In this document: positions 8,460 through 17,578 of the stretch, one piece after another | How positions within the stretch are numbered: the first letter of the stretch is position 1 | Layout: each line of letters opens with the position of its first letter | From: Gaiellaceae bacterium | GTDB taxonomy: Bacteria; Actinomycetota; Thermoleophilia; Gaiellales; Gaiellaceae | Assembly (NCBI GenBank): GCA_035653395.1 | Contig: DASRBX010000009.1 | Span: 3,692-67,691, forward strand | Direction of reading: 5' to 3' | Length of the DNA: 64,000 nucleotides | The notes under the pieces: model-generated | What the model saw: the letters and a program-made list of their open reading frames with translations, nothing else | Databases searched by the model: none | Told to the model about the DNA's origin: nothing | Translations under genes and position numbers: made by a program

Positions 8460-9431
8460 ATGGTCAAAGTCCGCTTCGCGCCGAGCCCGACGGGGTCGCT
8501 TCACCTCGGCAATGCCCTGAGCGCGGTCGCGAACCGGGGGCTGGGCGACTGGATGCTCCTCCGCATCGACGACACCGATCCCGCGCGGAACGTCCCGGGC
8601 GGCGAGGAGGCGATCCTGCGGGACCTCGAGTGGCTCGGGATCGCCTGGGACGAGGGGCCGGTCCGGCAGAGCGACCGTGCGGAGCGCCACCGCGAGGCGG
8701 CCGCGCCTTTCGGCGAGCGTTTCGACGGGCTGACGCTGCTGCGCGAGGACGGCTCGCCGACGTACCACCTCGCGTCGGTCGTGGACGACATCGACTTCGG
8801 CATCACCCACGTCGTGCGCGGCAACGACCACCGGCCCAACGAGACGGTGCACCGGCGCCTGTTCGAGGCGCTCGGCGCGCCGCCGCCCGAGTTCGTCCAC
8901 CACGGGCTGATCCTCGGTCCGGACGGGCGCAAGCTCGCGAAGCGGGCTCCGGGCGGGAGCGTGGCGTCGCTGCGCGAGGAGGGAATCCCGGCCGAGGCGG
9001 TGCGGGCGTACCTGGAGGAGCTCGGGCTCCCGCGCCACGACGTCCACCTCGACCTCGCGCGGCTGCGCCGGCTCTCCACCGAGGCACTCGCGGCGCTGAG
9101 CGACGACGAGCTCGCGGCCCGCGTGGGCGTTCCCGTCTCGGTCGCGCCGGTGCTGCGGGGCGCCCGCGACCTCGCCGAGGCACGGGACTACGCCACCCTC
9201 GTCTTGGAGCCCGCGGTCATCGAGGTCGACGCCCCGGAGACGTTCGCGCGCTTCCGGGAGCTCGTGGAAGCGGGGACGGAGCCGCGCTCGGTCGTGCGGG
9301 AGCTGAAGGCCGTCGGCGGCGACCTCAAGGCGCTCAGGCTCGCGCTCACCGGGCGCGACCGCGGGCCCGAGCTCGCTTCCGTCATCGCCGCGCTCCCGCG
9401 CGAGGAGCTCCTCTCTAGGCTGGAGAGGTGA
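8460..9431 (+). CDS. Glutamyl-tRNA synthetase-like protein, atypically short (323 aa)
   Basis: HIGH-like SPTGSLHLGN, DGSPTYHLASVVDD, KMSKS-like KLAKR, and a GluRS-type C-terminal LRLALTGR. About 100 aa of the catalytic-domain insertion are absent. Confidence 0.7.
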   Translation: MVKVRFAPSPTGSLHLGNALSAVANRGLGDWMLLRIDDTDPARNVPGGEEAILRDLEWLGIAWDEGPVRQSDRAERHREAAAPFGERFDGLTLLREDGSPTYHLASVVDDIDFGITHVVRGNDHRPNETVHRRLFEALGAPPPEFVHHGLILGPDGRKLAKRAPGGSVASLREEGIPAEAVRAYLEELGLPRHDVHLDLARLRRLSTEALAALSDDELAARVGVPVSVAPVLRGARDLAEARDYATLVLEPAVIEVDAPETFARFRELVEAGTEPRSVVRELKAVGGDLKALRLALTGRDRGPELASVIAALPREELLSRLER

Positions 9432-10699
9432 GGCTCTACGACACGCTGTCGCGGCGGCTCGAGGAGCTGCCTTCTCCGCCGGGACCGATCCGGATGTACT
9501 TCTGCGGCCCGACCGTGTACCAGCGGGCGCACATCGGGAACGCGCGTCCCTTCGCCCTCGGCATGTGGCTGCGGACGTGGCTGCGCCACCGCGGCTACGA
9601 CGCGACGCTCGTCCACAACATCACTGACATCAACGACAAGATCTATGACGCGGCGCCGGGCGCGAGCGCGGAGCTGGCCGAGCGGGCGACGCGCTGGTAT
9701 CTCGAGGACACCGGTGATCTCGGCCTCGGGATGCCAGACGTGCTGCCGAAGGCGACGGAGGCCATCCCCTCGATCGTGGCCTCTATCGAGAAGCTCGTCG
9801 ACTCGGGGCATGCCTACGAGGCGGGCGGGGACGTCTACTTCAGCGTCGCGACCGACGCCGGCTACGGCCGCCTGTCGCGCCAGAAGGTCGAGCACATGGA
9901 GCCGGAGGAGGTCAGCCCGCTCAAGCGCGCGCCCCAGGACTTCGCGCTCTGGAAGGCGACGAAGCCCGGCGAGGACACGTCGTGGGGTTCGCCGTGGGGG
10001 AAGGGGCGACCGGGCTGGCACATCGAGTGCTCCGTCATGGCGGAGGAGGCGTTCGGCCCCGTCTTCGAGATCCACGGCGGCGGCCTGGATCTCGTCTTCC
10101 CGCACCACGAGAACGAGCTTGCGCAGTCGCTCGCGCTCGGGCACGAGTTCGCGCGCATCTGGATGCACAACGGGATGCTCACGCGTGCCGGGGAGAAGAT
10201 GTCGAAGTCGCTCGGCAACGACATGACGATCCGCGGAGTCATCGACGACTGGGGCCGCGAGGTCGGTCTGACGCTTCTCCTCTCCGGCCAGTGGCGCAAG
10301 CCGCTCGACTTCAACCGGGACACCCTCGAGCAGTCGGCGGCTCAGCTCGAGACCTTCCGCAACGTCTTCCGTTCGCCGAGCGAGCCGGTAGGTGACTGGG
10401 CCGAGCTCGAAGCGGCGCTCGACGACGACTTCAACACCCCGCAGGCGCTCGCCGTGATGCACGGCTGGCGCGACCACGAGCTGCTGCGCCGCGCACTCGG
10501 GATCTTCGGGCTCGAGTCGATCGCGCACGTGGAGGAGGCACCGGCCGAGGTCGTCGACCTGGCGGAGCGGCGGCGGGAGGCGCGCGAGGCCAAGGACTTC
10601 TCCGCCGCCGACCGCCTGCGCGACGAGATCGGCGCCGCCGGCTGGGAGGTGCGCGACGTCGCGGAGCCCCCCGGCTACCGGCTCGTCCGCCGCTCGTGA
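9428..10699 (+). CDS. cysS: Cysteine--tRNA ligase
   Basis: CGPTVYQRAHIGNAR (HIGH) and KMSKSLGN. GTGA overlap with the upstream stop. Confidence 0.9.
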   Translation: MRLYDTLSRRLEELPSPPGPIRMYFCGPTVYQRAHIGNARPFALGMWLRTWLRHRGYDATLVHNITDINDKIYDAAPGASAELAERATRWYLEDTGDLGLGMPDVLPKATEAIPSIVASIEKLVDSGHAYEAGGDVYFSVATDAGYGRLSRQKVEHMEPEEVSPLKRAPQDFALWKATKPGEDTSWGSPWGKGRPGWHIECSVMAEEAFGPVFEIHGGGLDLVFPHHENELAQSLALGHEFARIWMHNGMLTRAGEKMSKSLGNDMTIRGVIDDWGREVGLTLLLSGQWRKPLDFNRDTLEQSAAQLETFRNVFRSPSEPVGDWAELEAALDDDFNTPQALAVMHGWRDHELLRRALGIFGLESIAHVEEAPAEVVDLAERRREAREAKDFSAADRLRDEIGAAGWEVRDVAEPPGYRLVRRS

Positions 10700-11406
10700 C
10701 CCGCGATCTGGTCTACGGGAGGCGCCCGGTGCGCGAGGCGGTGCGCGGGCCGCGGGAGGTGCTCGAGCTGTGGGCGAGCGAGAGGGCTATTCGCAGCGAG
10801 GCCTGGCTGAGCGAGCTCGAGCGCCCGCGGGTGCAGACGAAGCTCGAGCGGGACCTCTCGGAGGCGGCCGGCACGCGCGACCACCAGGGAATCGTCGCCT
10901 GGTGCGAGCCGTTCCGCTACGCCGAGGCGACCGAGCTCGTCGCCGGTGCGGTACCGCTCATCGCGTGCCTCGACCAGGTCAGCGATCCGCGGAACCTCGG
11001 CGCGGTGATCCGCAGCGCGGAGGGCGCCGGGGCGAGCGGCGTCGTGGTACCCGCGCGCGGCTCGGCGCGCGTGACCGCGGCGGTCTGCCGGGCCTCGGCG
11101 GGAGCGGCCGAGCACCTGCCGGTGGCCGTCGTGCCCAACCTCGCCCGGTACCTCGCGGAGCTCAAGAGAGGCGATCTCTGGGTCGTGGCGGCGACGGGCG
11201 GTTCGGGGACGCCGCTGTGGCAGGCCGACCTGTCCGGCGGCATCGCCTTCGTCCTCGGCGCGGAGGGCAAGGGCCTGCGTCCGCTCGTTCGCCGGACGTG
11301 CGACCTGGAGGTCTCGATCCCGCAGCTCGGGCGGGTCGAGTCGCTGAACGTCAGCGTCGCCGCCGCCCTCCTGCTCTACGAGGCGCGGAGGCAGCGCGGT
11401 GGCTGA
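10696..11406 (+). CDS. rlmB: SpoU/TrmH-family 23S rRNA 2'-O-methyltransferase (RlmB/YacO-like)
   Basis: DQVSDPRNLGAVIRSAEGAG and LGAEGKGL...ESLNVSVAA motifs. Conserved position after cysS. Confidence 0.85.
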   Translation: MTRDLVYGRRPVREAVRGPREVLELWASERAIRSEAWLSELERPRVQTKLERDLSEAAGTRDHQGIVAWCEPFRYAEATELVAGAVPLIACLDQVSDPRNLGAVIRSAEGAGASGVVVPARGSARVTAAVCRASAGAAEHLPVAVVPNLARYLAELKRGDLWVVAATGGSGTPLWQADLSGGIAFVLGAEGKGLRPLVRRTCDLEVSIPQLGRVESLNVSVAAALLLYEARRQRGG

Positions 11407-11833
11407 GCCCACCCTGTACCTCTTCGACGGGTTCAACCTGCTGCACGCGGGCGGCTTCGGCTCGCCCGAGGAGCTGCGCGACCTGCTCGCCGGCTGGGTC
11501 GCGGCGCAGGGGGCGCGCGGAGTGCTCGTCTTCGACGGACACGGGACGAACCAGCGGCTCGGCCCCCTCGAGGTGCGATGGGCGGCCGACGCCGACGCGC
11601 TGCTCGAGCGGCTCGCGGCCGAGAATCGGGACAGGGAGCAGGTCGCGATCGTCTCGTCCGACGCGGCTGTTCGCGGGACGACCGGCATCGAGGTGCGGAA
11701 GCTCGCGTCGCAGGCCTTTCTCGCCGGGCTTTCGCGGCCGAGCCGTCCGCCCTCGCCCCGAGGCGACCTTCGGGACCGCCTCGATCCGGACACGCTCGCT
11801 CCGCTGGAGCGGTTACGTCGCGGCGAACGCTAG
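11399..11833 (+). CDS. YacP/Rae1-like NYN-domain ribonuclease
   Basis: LYLFDGFNLLH N-terminus and VSSD motif. Conserved yacO-yacP-sigH order. GTG start. Confidence 0.7.
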   Translation: MAEPTLYLFDGFNLLHAGGFGSPEELRDLLAGWVAAQGARGVLVFDGHGTNQRLGPLEVRWAADADALLERLAAENRDREQVAIVSSDAAVRGTTGIEVRKLASQAFLAGLSRPSRPPSPRGDLRDRLDPDTLAPLERLRRGER

Positions 11834-11848
11834 AGCGCGCTAGCTTCT

Positions 11849-11901
11849 TGGGTCCACGACAAGCTGGGTCCAGAGCAATTGCACTTGTAAAACCTTGGAC
11901 C
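11849..11901 (+). promoter_or_regulatory. TGGGTCCA direct repeat (x2, 16-bp register) plus an inverted TTGGACC upstream of sigH
   Basis: TGGGTCCA occurs at 11849-11856 and 11865-11872. TTGGACC at 11895-11901 lies inside the spacer of the putative promoter. Confidence 0.3.
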
Positions 11902-11913
11902 GCTTGCTATCTT
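11885..11913 (+). promoter_or_regulatory. Putative sigma-70-type promoter of sigH (TTGTAA-17 nt-TATCTT)
   Basis: Hexamers read by eye in the only AT-rich stretch upstream of sigH. Confidence 0.35.
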
Positions 11914-11924
11914 CGCCTCGACCA

Positions 11925-11944
11925 CAGGGTGAGACTTCACCCTG
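11925..11944 (+). promoter_or_regulatory. 8-bp stem / 4-nt loop hairpin in the sigH 5' leader
   Basis: Sequence CAGGGTGA-GACT-TCACCCTG, followed by RBS GGGAGG and ATG 11963. Confidence 0.4.
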
Positions 11945-11962
11945 GCGACGCCGGGAGGCGCC

Positions 11963-12625
11963 ATGGCTGCTCGCACCGCGACGGCACGCTCGCCGCAAAA
12001 AGCTCAACGAGAGCTGGAGGATCTGCAGCTCGTGATCAAGGCGCGGAACGGCGACACGGCCGCGCTGGACGCGCTCATCCGCCGCTACACCGGCTTCGTC
12101 CGCCTCAAGGCGAGCTCGTACTTCCTCGCGGGCGGGGACAACGACGATCTTCTGCAGGAAGGGCTGATCGGCCTCTACAAGGCCGTGCGCGACTTCCGCC
12201 CGGACAAGGAGACCTCCTTCCGCAGCTTTGCGGAGCTCTGCGTCACGCGCCAGATCATCACGGCGATCAAGACGGCGACGCGCTTCAAGCACGCGCCGCT
12301 CAACACGTACGTCTCCTTCAGCCACACGCCGGCCGGTCAGGACGGCGACGGGGAATGCACGCTCGGCGATGCGCTGCCCGGCCCGGCGGTGCACGAGCCT
12401 CCACTCGTCGTGATCTCGACCGAGGAGCTGCAGAGCCTCGTGTTCAGCCTCGGCACCGGCCTCTCCCCGCTCGAGGCAGATGCCCTGCGCCTCTACCTCG
12501 AGGGCTCGTCCTACGAGGACATGGCCGACGAGCTCGGCTGCGACACGAAGACGATCGACAACGCCCTCCAGCGCGTCAAGCGCAAGATCCTCTCGCACCA
12601 GAAAGGGCGGGAGGTCCTGCTCTGA
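11963..12625 (+). CDS. sigH: Sigma-H (Spo0H)-type group-3 sigma factor
   Basis: Long identity runs with B. subtilis SigH as I recall it: FAELCVTRQIITAIKTATRFKH.PLN.Y and KTIDNALQRVKRK. Conserved position after yacP. Confidence 0.8.
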   Translation: MAARTATARSPQKAQRELEDLQLVIKARNGDTAALDALIRRYTGFVRLKASSYFLAGGDNDDLLQEGLIGLYKAVRDFRPDKETSFRSFAELCVTRQIITAIKTATRFKHAPLNTYVSFSHTPAGQDGDGECTLGDALPGPAVHEPPLVVISTEELQSLVFSLGTGLSPLEADALRLYLEGSSYEDMADELGCDTKTIDNALQRVKRKILSHQKGREVLL

Positions 12626-12647
12626 GGGTCGCTACGCTGGTCTCCGC

Positions 12648-12720
12648 GCCGGAGTAGCTCAGCTGGTAGAGCAACGCTCTTGTAAAGCGTAGGCCGTCGG
12701 TTCGAGTCCGACCTCCGGCT
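12648..12720 (+). tRNA. tRNA-Thr (anticodon UGU)
   Basis: Cloverleaf folded by hand. Acceptor GCCGGAG/CTCCGGC, anticodon loop CTTGTAA, T-loop GGTTCGAGTCC. No encoded CCA. Confidence 0.9.
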
Positions 12721-12930
12721 CTTCTGCATGCCCGCGGGCGCCGCGCAGATGAGGGCGAAGTGTCCATCGCCGTGGTGGCCGTCCCAGACGTCGCGAACGA
12801 GCGCCTGCTGCGGACGAAGAACGTCGGCTCGCCGTGCGAGGGGCGCTCGCTCGTCTCGGGGAGCGCGAGGCAGATCCCGCGGACGGCCCGAGAATTTCCG
12901 AGTTCGTCACGAACGAGATCTTGCCCTGCG
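12721..12930 (-). pseudogene. MmcQ/YjbR-like gene remnant (one frameshift, C-terminal half missing)
   Basis: One frame gives ICLALPETSERPSHGEPTFFVRSRRSFAT. The +1 frame continues WDGHHGDGHFALICAAPAGMQK and then runs into the tRNA-Thr gene. Confidence 0.5.
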
Positions 12931-13308
12931 GGGTGCGGCGCCGAGCAACCCCGCCAGCACGCGCGGCAGCTCGTCCGCGATCCGCGCCTTGCGGACGTAG
13001 TCGTCGGCACCCGCCTGCCGGATCTCGAGCACGCGCTCCTCGTAGTCGTGACCGCTGACGGCGACGATGGGAAGCTCCGGCGCCCCGGCCCGCAGGTGCG
13101 TGGTGGCCTCGACGCCGTCGACGACGGGCATCTCGATGTCGATCACGACCGCGTCGGGGGAGATCCTGCCGGCGAGCTCGATCGCCTCCCGGCCGTTGCG
13201 CGCATGTCCCGCGACCGTGAACCGCCTGTCCTGCTCCAGCAGCTGGGTGATGACGCCGAGGAACGACTCGTCGTCCTCGGCGACGAGAATCCGGAACGGT
13301 CGCGCCAG
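12907..13308 (-). CDS. Stand-alone CheY-like response-regulator receiver, probable CTG start
   Basis: (M)ARPFRILVAEDDESF...VVIDIEMPVVDG...PIVAVSG. An in-frame TAA lies 9 codons upstream. AGGAGG sits 9 nt before the CTG. No ATG/GTG/TTG occurs before the DIEMP region. Confidence 0.6.
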   Translation of the reverse strand: MARPFRILVAEDDESFLGVITQLLEQDRRFTVAGHARNGREAIELAGRISPDAVVIDIEMPVVDGVEATTHLRAGAPELPIVAVSGHDYEERVLEIRQAGADDYVRKARIADELPRVLAGLLGAAPRRARSRS

Positions 13309-13351
13309 TTTCGATCGCCTCCTGGGCGAGGGTTACCCGTGGCAACTGTCC

Positions 13352-14317
13352 TTAGGCCTCGAGCGCCGGCTCGAGGTCGGCCCAGAGCGTCTCGGGATCC
13401 TCGAGCCCGGCGCTGAGCCGGAGCAGGCCCGGCGGCACGCGGTCGCCCTCCCAGCGCCTGCGGCTCTCGATCGACGTCGTCACGCCGCCGAGCGAGCTCG
13501 CGTTGACGATCACGTGCGTCGAGGTCTCGACCTTCCGTGCCGTCTCGGCGTCCGCGACGTCGAAGGAGAGCAGGCCGCCCAGGCCGGGATAACGGACGGT
13601 CTCGACCGCCGGATGGTCCCGCAGCCGCTCCGCGAAGAGGCCGGCGGTCTCGGTCTGCCGGCGCACCCGAAGCTCGAGCGTCTTCAGGCCGCGCAGCAGG
13701 AGCCACGCGGCGTCGGGCGCGGCCACGCTGCCGGTGATTCCGCGGAACGTCCTCAGCTTCTCGGCGGCTTGCTCCTCGCGGCAGACCAGGGCGCCGAGCA
13801 GCGCGTCGTCGTGGCCCGCGAGGTACTTCGTCGCGCTGTGGAGGACGAAGTCCGCGCCGTGCTCGAGCGGTCGCAGATGGACGGGCGTGGCCACCGTCGA
13901 GTCGACGGCCACGGGTGCCGGACGGGCGGCGGCCGCCTCGAGGTCCGGCATGCTCAGGTACGGGTTCGAGGGGGCCTCCAGCCACACGAGCTGGACGCCG
14001 TCCGGGGGCGGTCCGGTCTGGTCGAACTCGACCACCTGCAGCCCCCAGCGTGCGAGCGCTGCGAACGTGAGGCCGGTGCCGTAATAGCAGCCGGCGGCGA
14101 GCGCGACGGTGTCGCGGGGCCCGAGCAGCGAGAGGGCAAGGGCCGTCGTCGCCGCGGATCCCGACGGGAAGAGGAGCGCGGTTCCGCCGTCGAGGCCGCC
14201 GACCGCGGCCTCGGCCGCGGCGACAGTCGGACTGCCGAAGCGCTGGTAGTAGAAGTCCCGCGGCTCCCCGTCCGCGTCGTACGGCCAGATGGTCGAGCGG
14301 TCGAGCGGCTCGGGCAC
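13352..14317 (-). CDS. Cys/Met-metabolism PLP-dependent enzyme (cystathionine gamma-synthase/lyase family)
   Basis: FPSGSAA, SNPYL, and HSATKYLAGHDD (PLP lysine) motifs. Confidence 0.8.
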   Translation of the reverse strand: MPEPLDRSTIWPYDADGEPRDFYYQRFGSPTVAAAEAAVGGLDGGTALLFPSGSAATTALALSLLGPRDTVALAAGCYYGTGLTFAALARWGLQVVEFDQTGPPPDGVQLVWLEAPSNPYLSMPDLEAAAARPAPVAVDSTVATPVHLRPLEHGADFVLHSATKYLAGHDDALLGALVCREEQAAEKLRTFRGITGSVAAPDAAWLLLRGLKTLELRVRRQTETAGLFAERLRDHPAVETVRYPGLGGLLSFDVADAETARKVETSTHVIVNASSLGGVTTSIESRRRWEGDRVPPGLLRLSAGLEDPETLWADLEPALEA

Positions 14318-14326
14318 GAGGCGACC

Positions 14327-15559
14327 CTATACGGGCTCCGGCTCGAGCTCGTCGAGCCGCCCCATCCGGGCGAGTGGAGGGAAGAGGCGGCGCCAGGAGG
14401 CGGCGACGCCGATCATCACCGCGCCGCCGGCGACGACCGCGGCCGTCGTTCCGACGAGCGACGCGACGAGCCCCGACTCGAAGGCGCCGAGCTCGTTCGA
14501 GGCGCTGATGAAGACCCACTCCACCGCGCTGACGCGGCCCTGCAGCTCGGGGGGCGTCACGAGCAGGACCGTGGTCGCACGGATGTTCATGCTGATCATG
14601 TCCACGAAACCGCTGACGGCGAGCGCCGCGAGCGAGAGCGGCAGCGAGCGCGACAGCCCGAACACGATCATCGTCGCGCCGAACGCGGCCACGACCGTGA
14701 GCAGGGTCGGCCCGGCGCGATAGGGGAGCGGCCTCCTCGCGAGGAGCAGCCCCGCGAGGAGCGCGCCGACGGACGGTGCCGCCCGCAGGGCGCCGAGACC
14801 GATCGGGCCGACGCCGAGGATCGTGCGGGCGAACACCGGAGCCAGCGCGATCGAGTCCCCGAGCAGGACGGCGACGAGGTCGAGCGAGATCGCCCCGAGC
14901 AGCATCCGGGTGCGCACGATGAAGCCGATTCCGGCCGAGAGGCTCCGCCAGTCGAGCTCCGTCGCAGGCGCGACGGCGACGCGGTGCGTGACGCCCAGGA
15001 TCGCGACGCACGCGAGCAGCGACAGCGCCGCGGCCGTGAGATAGAGGGCGACCGGCTCGACCGCGAAGATCACGCCGCCGATCGCCGGCCCGACGACGAT
15101 CCCGATCTGGTTCGCGACGCTGCGCAGCGCGATCGCCCCCGGCAGGAGATCCGGCGGCACGATCTCGGGCGTGAGCGCGCGGCCGGCGGGATTCGAGACC
15201 GCGGAGGCGATTCCCGCGCTCGCCGCAACGACGAGGAAGGGCCACAGCCTGTGCGCGCCCTCCAGCGTGATCACGGCGAGCACCGCCGCGATCCCCACCT
15301 GGAGCGCGAGCCCCACCGCGACGACCAGGCGCCGCTCGACCCGGTCGGCGAGCTGGCCCATCGGCAGGGCGAGGACCGGCAGCGGGAGGAACTCCGCCAG
15401 CCCGACCAGGCCGAGATCGAGCGGGTTCCGGTGGATGGAATACACCTGCCAGCCGATTGCGACGACGAGCATCTGCAGCGCGAGCCCGTTCGCGAGCGAG
15501 GAGGTCCAGAGCAGCGCGAAGTCGCGCAGCCGCAGCGCTGGCGGAAGGCGATCCCTCAC
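14327..15559 (-). CDS. MFS transporter
   Basis: About 12 hydrophobic segments and a [10 protein letters not shown] loop motif. Start is uncertain (GTG 15559, or up to 15652). Confidence 0.7.
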   Translation of the reverse strand: MRDRLPPALRLRDFALLWTSSLANGLALQMLVVAIGWQVYSIHRNPLDLGLVGLAEFLPLPVLALPMGQLADRVERRLVVAVGLALQVGIAAVLAVITLEGAHRLWPFLVVAASAGIASAVSNPAGRALTPEIVPPDLLPGAIALRSVANQIGIVVGPAIGGVIFAVEPVALYLTAAALSLLACVAILGVTHRVAVAPATELDWRSLSAGIGFIVRTRMLLGAISLDLVAVLLGDSIALAPVFARTILGVGPIGLGALRAAPSVGALLAGLLLARRPLPYRAGPTLLTVVAAFGATMIVFGLSRSLPLSLAALAVSGFVDMISMNIRATTVLLVTPPELQGRVSAVEWVFISASNELGAFESGLVASLVGTTAAVVAGGAVMIGVAASWRRLFPPLARMGRLDELEPEPV

Positions 15560-15585
15560 GAGCGCGAACGTTAGGCTCCGCCACG

Positions 15586-17133
15586 GTGGCCGAGAGACAC
15601 GAGACGACCGCGGGGAAGCTCGAGTGGCTCCAGGAGCTGCGGGGCCAGGCACTCCATGCCGGCAGCGAGAAGGCGGTCGCGCGGCGCCGCGAGGAGGGCA
15701 GGCTCCTCGCCCGCGAGCGGGCCGAGAAGCTGTGCGACGAGGGCTCCTTCGTCGAGTTCGACCGCTACGTCCGCCACCGCGAGTCGAACTTCGGGATGAT
15801 GGAGCGCCGCCCGTACGGGGATGCGGTCGTCACCGGCTACGGCATGATCTTCGGCCGCCGCGTCTTCCTCTTCTCCCAGGACTTCACCGTCTTCGGCGGC
15901 TCGCTGAGCGAGGTCTTCGCCGAGAAGATCTGCAAGGTGATGGACCTGGCCCTCAAGTACGGCTGCCCGGTGATCGGGATCAACGACTCCGGCGGCGCGC
16001 GCATCCAGGAGGGCGTCGTCTCGCTCGCCGGCTACGCGGAGATCTTCTGGCGCAACGTGCAGGCCTCGGGCGTCATCCCGCAGATCTCCCTCGTGATGGG
16101 GCCGTGCGCCGGCGGCGCCGTCTACTCGCCGGCGATGACCGACTTCATCTTCATGGTCGAGGGCACGTCGTACATGTTCATCACCGGTCCCGACGTCGTG
16201 AAGACGGTGACCGGGGAGGAGGTGACCTTCGAGGAGCTCGGCGGCGCGGCGACGCATGCGTCGAAGTCGGGAGTCGCCCAGTTCACGGCGCCGGACGAGG
16301 AGTCGTGCCTCGAGGACGCGCGCTACCTCCTCTCTTTCCTGCCGCAGTCGAACGCGGAGCGGCCGGAGTGGAGCCCGCCGACGGACCGGCCGGACCGCGA
16401 GGACGCCGAGCTCGACACGCTCGTCCCCGACAACCCGAACAAGCCGTACGACATGCACGAGGTGATCCGGCGCGTCGTCGACGACGGCGAGTTCCTCGAG
16501 GTGAGCGAGCGCTGGGCGGAGAACATCGTCTGCGGCTTCGCGCGGCTCGGCGGGCACCCGGTCGGTGTCGTGGGCAACCAGCCGCGGTCGCTCGCGGGCG
16601 TGCTCGACATCGACGCCTCGAACAAGGCGGCGCGGTTTGTCCGCACCTGCGACGCCTTCAACGTCCCGCTCGTGACGTTCGTCGACGTGCCCGGCTTCCT
16701 GCCGGGGACGGCGCAGGAGTGGGGCGGGATCATCCGCCACGGCGCGAAGCTCCTCTACGCCTACTGCGAGGCGACGGTGCCGAAGCTGACCGTGATCACG
16801 CGCAAGGCGTACGGGGGCGCGTACGACGTCATGAGCTCGAAGCACATCCGTGCCGACTTCAACTTCGCCTGGCCGACGGCGGAGGTCGCCGTCATGGGGC
16901 CGGAGGGCGCGGTCAACATCATCTACCGCGACCGGCCGGAGGAGGAGCGCGCCGAGCTGATCGCCGACTACAAGGAGAAGTTCGCGAACCCGTACAGCGC
17001 CGCCGAGCGCGGCTACGTGGACGACGTGATCGAGCCGCGCCGGACGCGCCCGGTGCTGATCGACGCGCTCGAGGCCTCGCTCACGAAGGCGGAGCCGAGA
17101 CCCCGCCGCAAGCACGGCAACATCCCGCTCTAG
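15586..17133 (+). CDS. pccB: Acyl-CoA carboxylase carboxyltransferase (beta) subunit, PccB/AccD-like
   Basis: [30 protein letters not shown], and [11 protein letters not shown] motifs. GTG 15586 is in frame. Confidence 0.88.
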   Translation: MAERHETTAGKLEWLQELRGQALHAGSEKAVARRREEGRLLARERAEKLCDEGSFVEFDRYVRHRESNFGMMERRPYGDAVVTGYGMIFGRRVFLFSQDFTVFGGSLSEVFAEKICKVMDLALKYGCPVIGINDSGGARIQEGVVSLAGYAEIFWRNVQASGVIPQISLVMGPCAGGAVYSPAMTDFIFMVEGTSYMFITGPDVVKTVTGEEVTFEELGGAATHASKSGVAQFTAPDEESCLEDARYLLSFLPQSNAERPEWSPPTDRPDREDAELDTLVPDNPNKPYDMHEVIRRVVDDGEFLEVSERWAENIVCGFARLGGHPVGVVGNQPRSLAGVLDIDASNKAARFVRTCDAFNVPLVTFVDVPGFLPGTAQEWGGIIRHGAKLLYAYCEATVPKLTVITRKAYGGAYDVMSSKHIRADFNFAWPTAEVAVMGPEGAVNIIYRDRPEEERAELIADYKEKFANPYSAAERGYVDDVIEPRRTRPVLIDALEASLTKAEPRPRRKHGNIPL

Positions 17134-17573
17134 CGGTAGCGCAGCAGCCCACTGACCTCGACCACGGGACGGGTTGTCTCCGCGCAGCCAGGCACGGACG
17201 GGACGCCCTCGGGGGTGACCTCCTGCGCTGCGATCTGTGGCCCGTGGTGGAAGCGAAGAAGAATCGTCACTCGCCCGCTCTGCGGTGCCACGGTCATGTT
17301 CGAGCACCAGCCGCGCCACCCGAGTTCGACATAGGCCTACCTTCCCGCGGCGAGCCCGGGCCCCGCCGGCTTGCCAAACTTATCGTTCGGCGACCAGGAT
17401 CTCTCGACGACCGGTACGACCCTGCCGCGGAACTGACTTGACGACGGGTCGGCCCGCCGGAAGGGCGCATGCACGGCTGCCGGTGTTCGTGAGCTGCGTC
17501 GCTGCCGCTCGCGTGCCTCCTCCATGAGCGCCTCGGGCTCGTCCTGCGGTGGCGGCTTCGGCGGCGCAAGCAT
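17130..17573 (-). pseudogene. Decayed tandem paralogue of the 17579..18235 gene (in-frame TAG at 17337-17339, TM and half the domain lost)
   Basis: N-terminus MLAPPKPPPQDEPEALMEEARERQRR matches MIAPPTPPSHDELEALIKEARARQLRR. The C-terminus VELGWRGWC...LRF...PGC matches VEMQWLNWC...LRF...PPC. Confidence 0.55.
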
Positions 17574-17578
17574 CTCCG

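Noticed and set aside
17337-17339. An in-frame TAG, considered as possible pyrrolysine or programmed read-through.
   Set aside because: The same ORF has also lost its TM helix and a large internal segment relative to its intact neighbour. No pyl genes are in view. Pseudogenisation is the simpler explanation.
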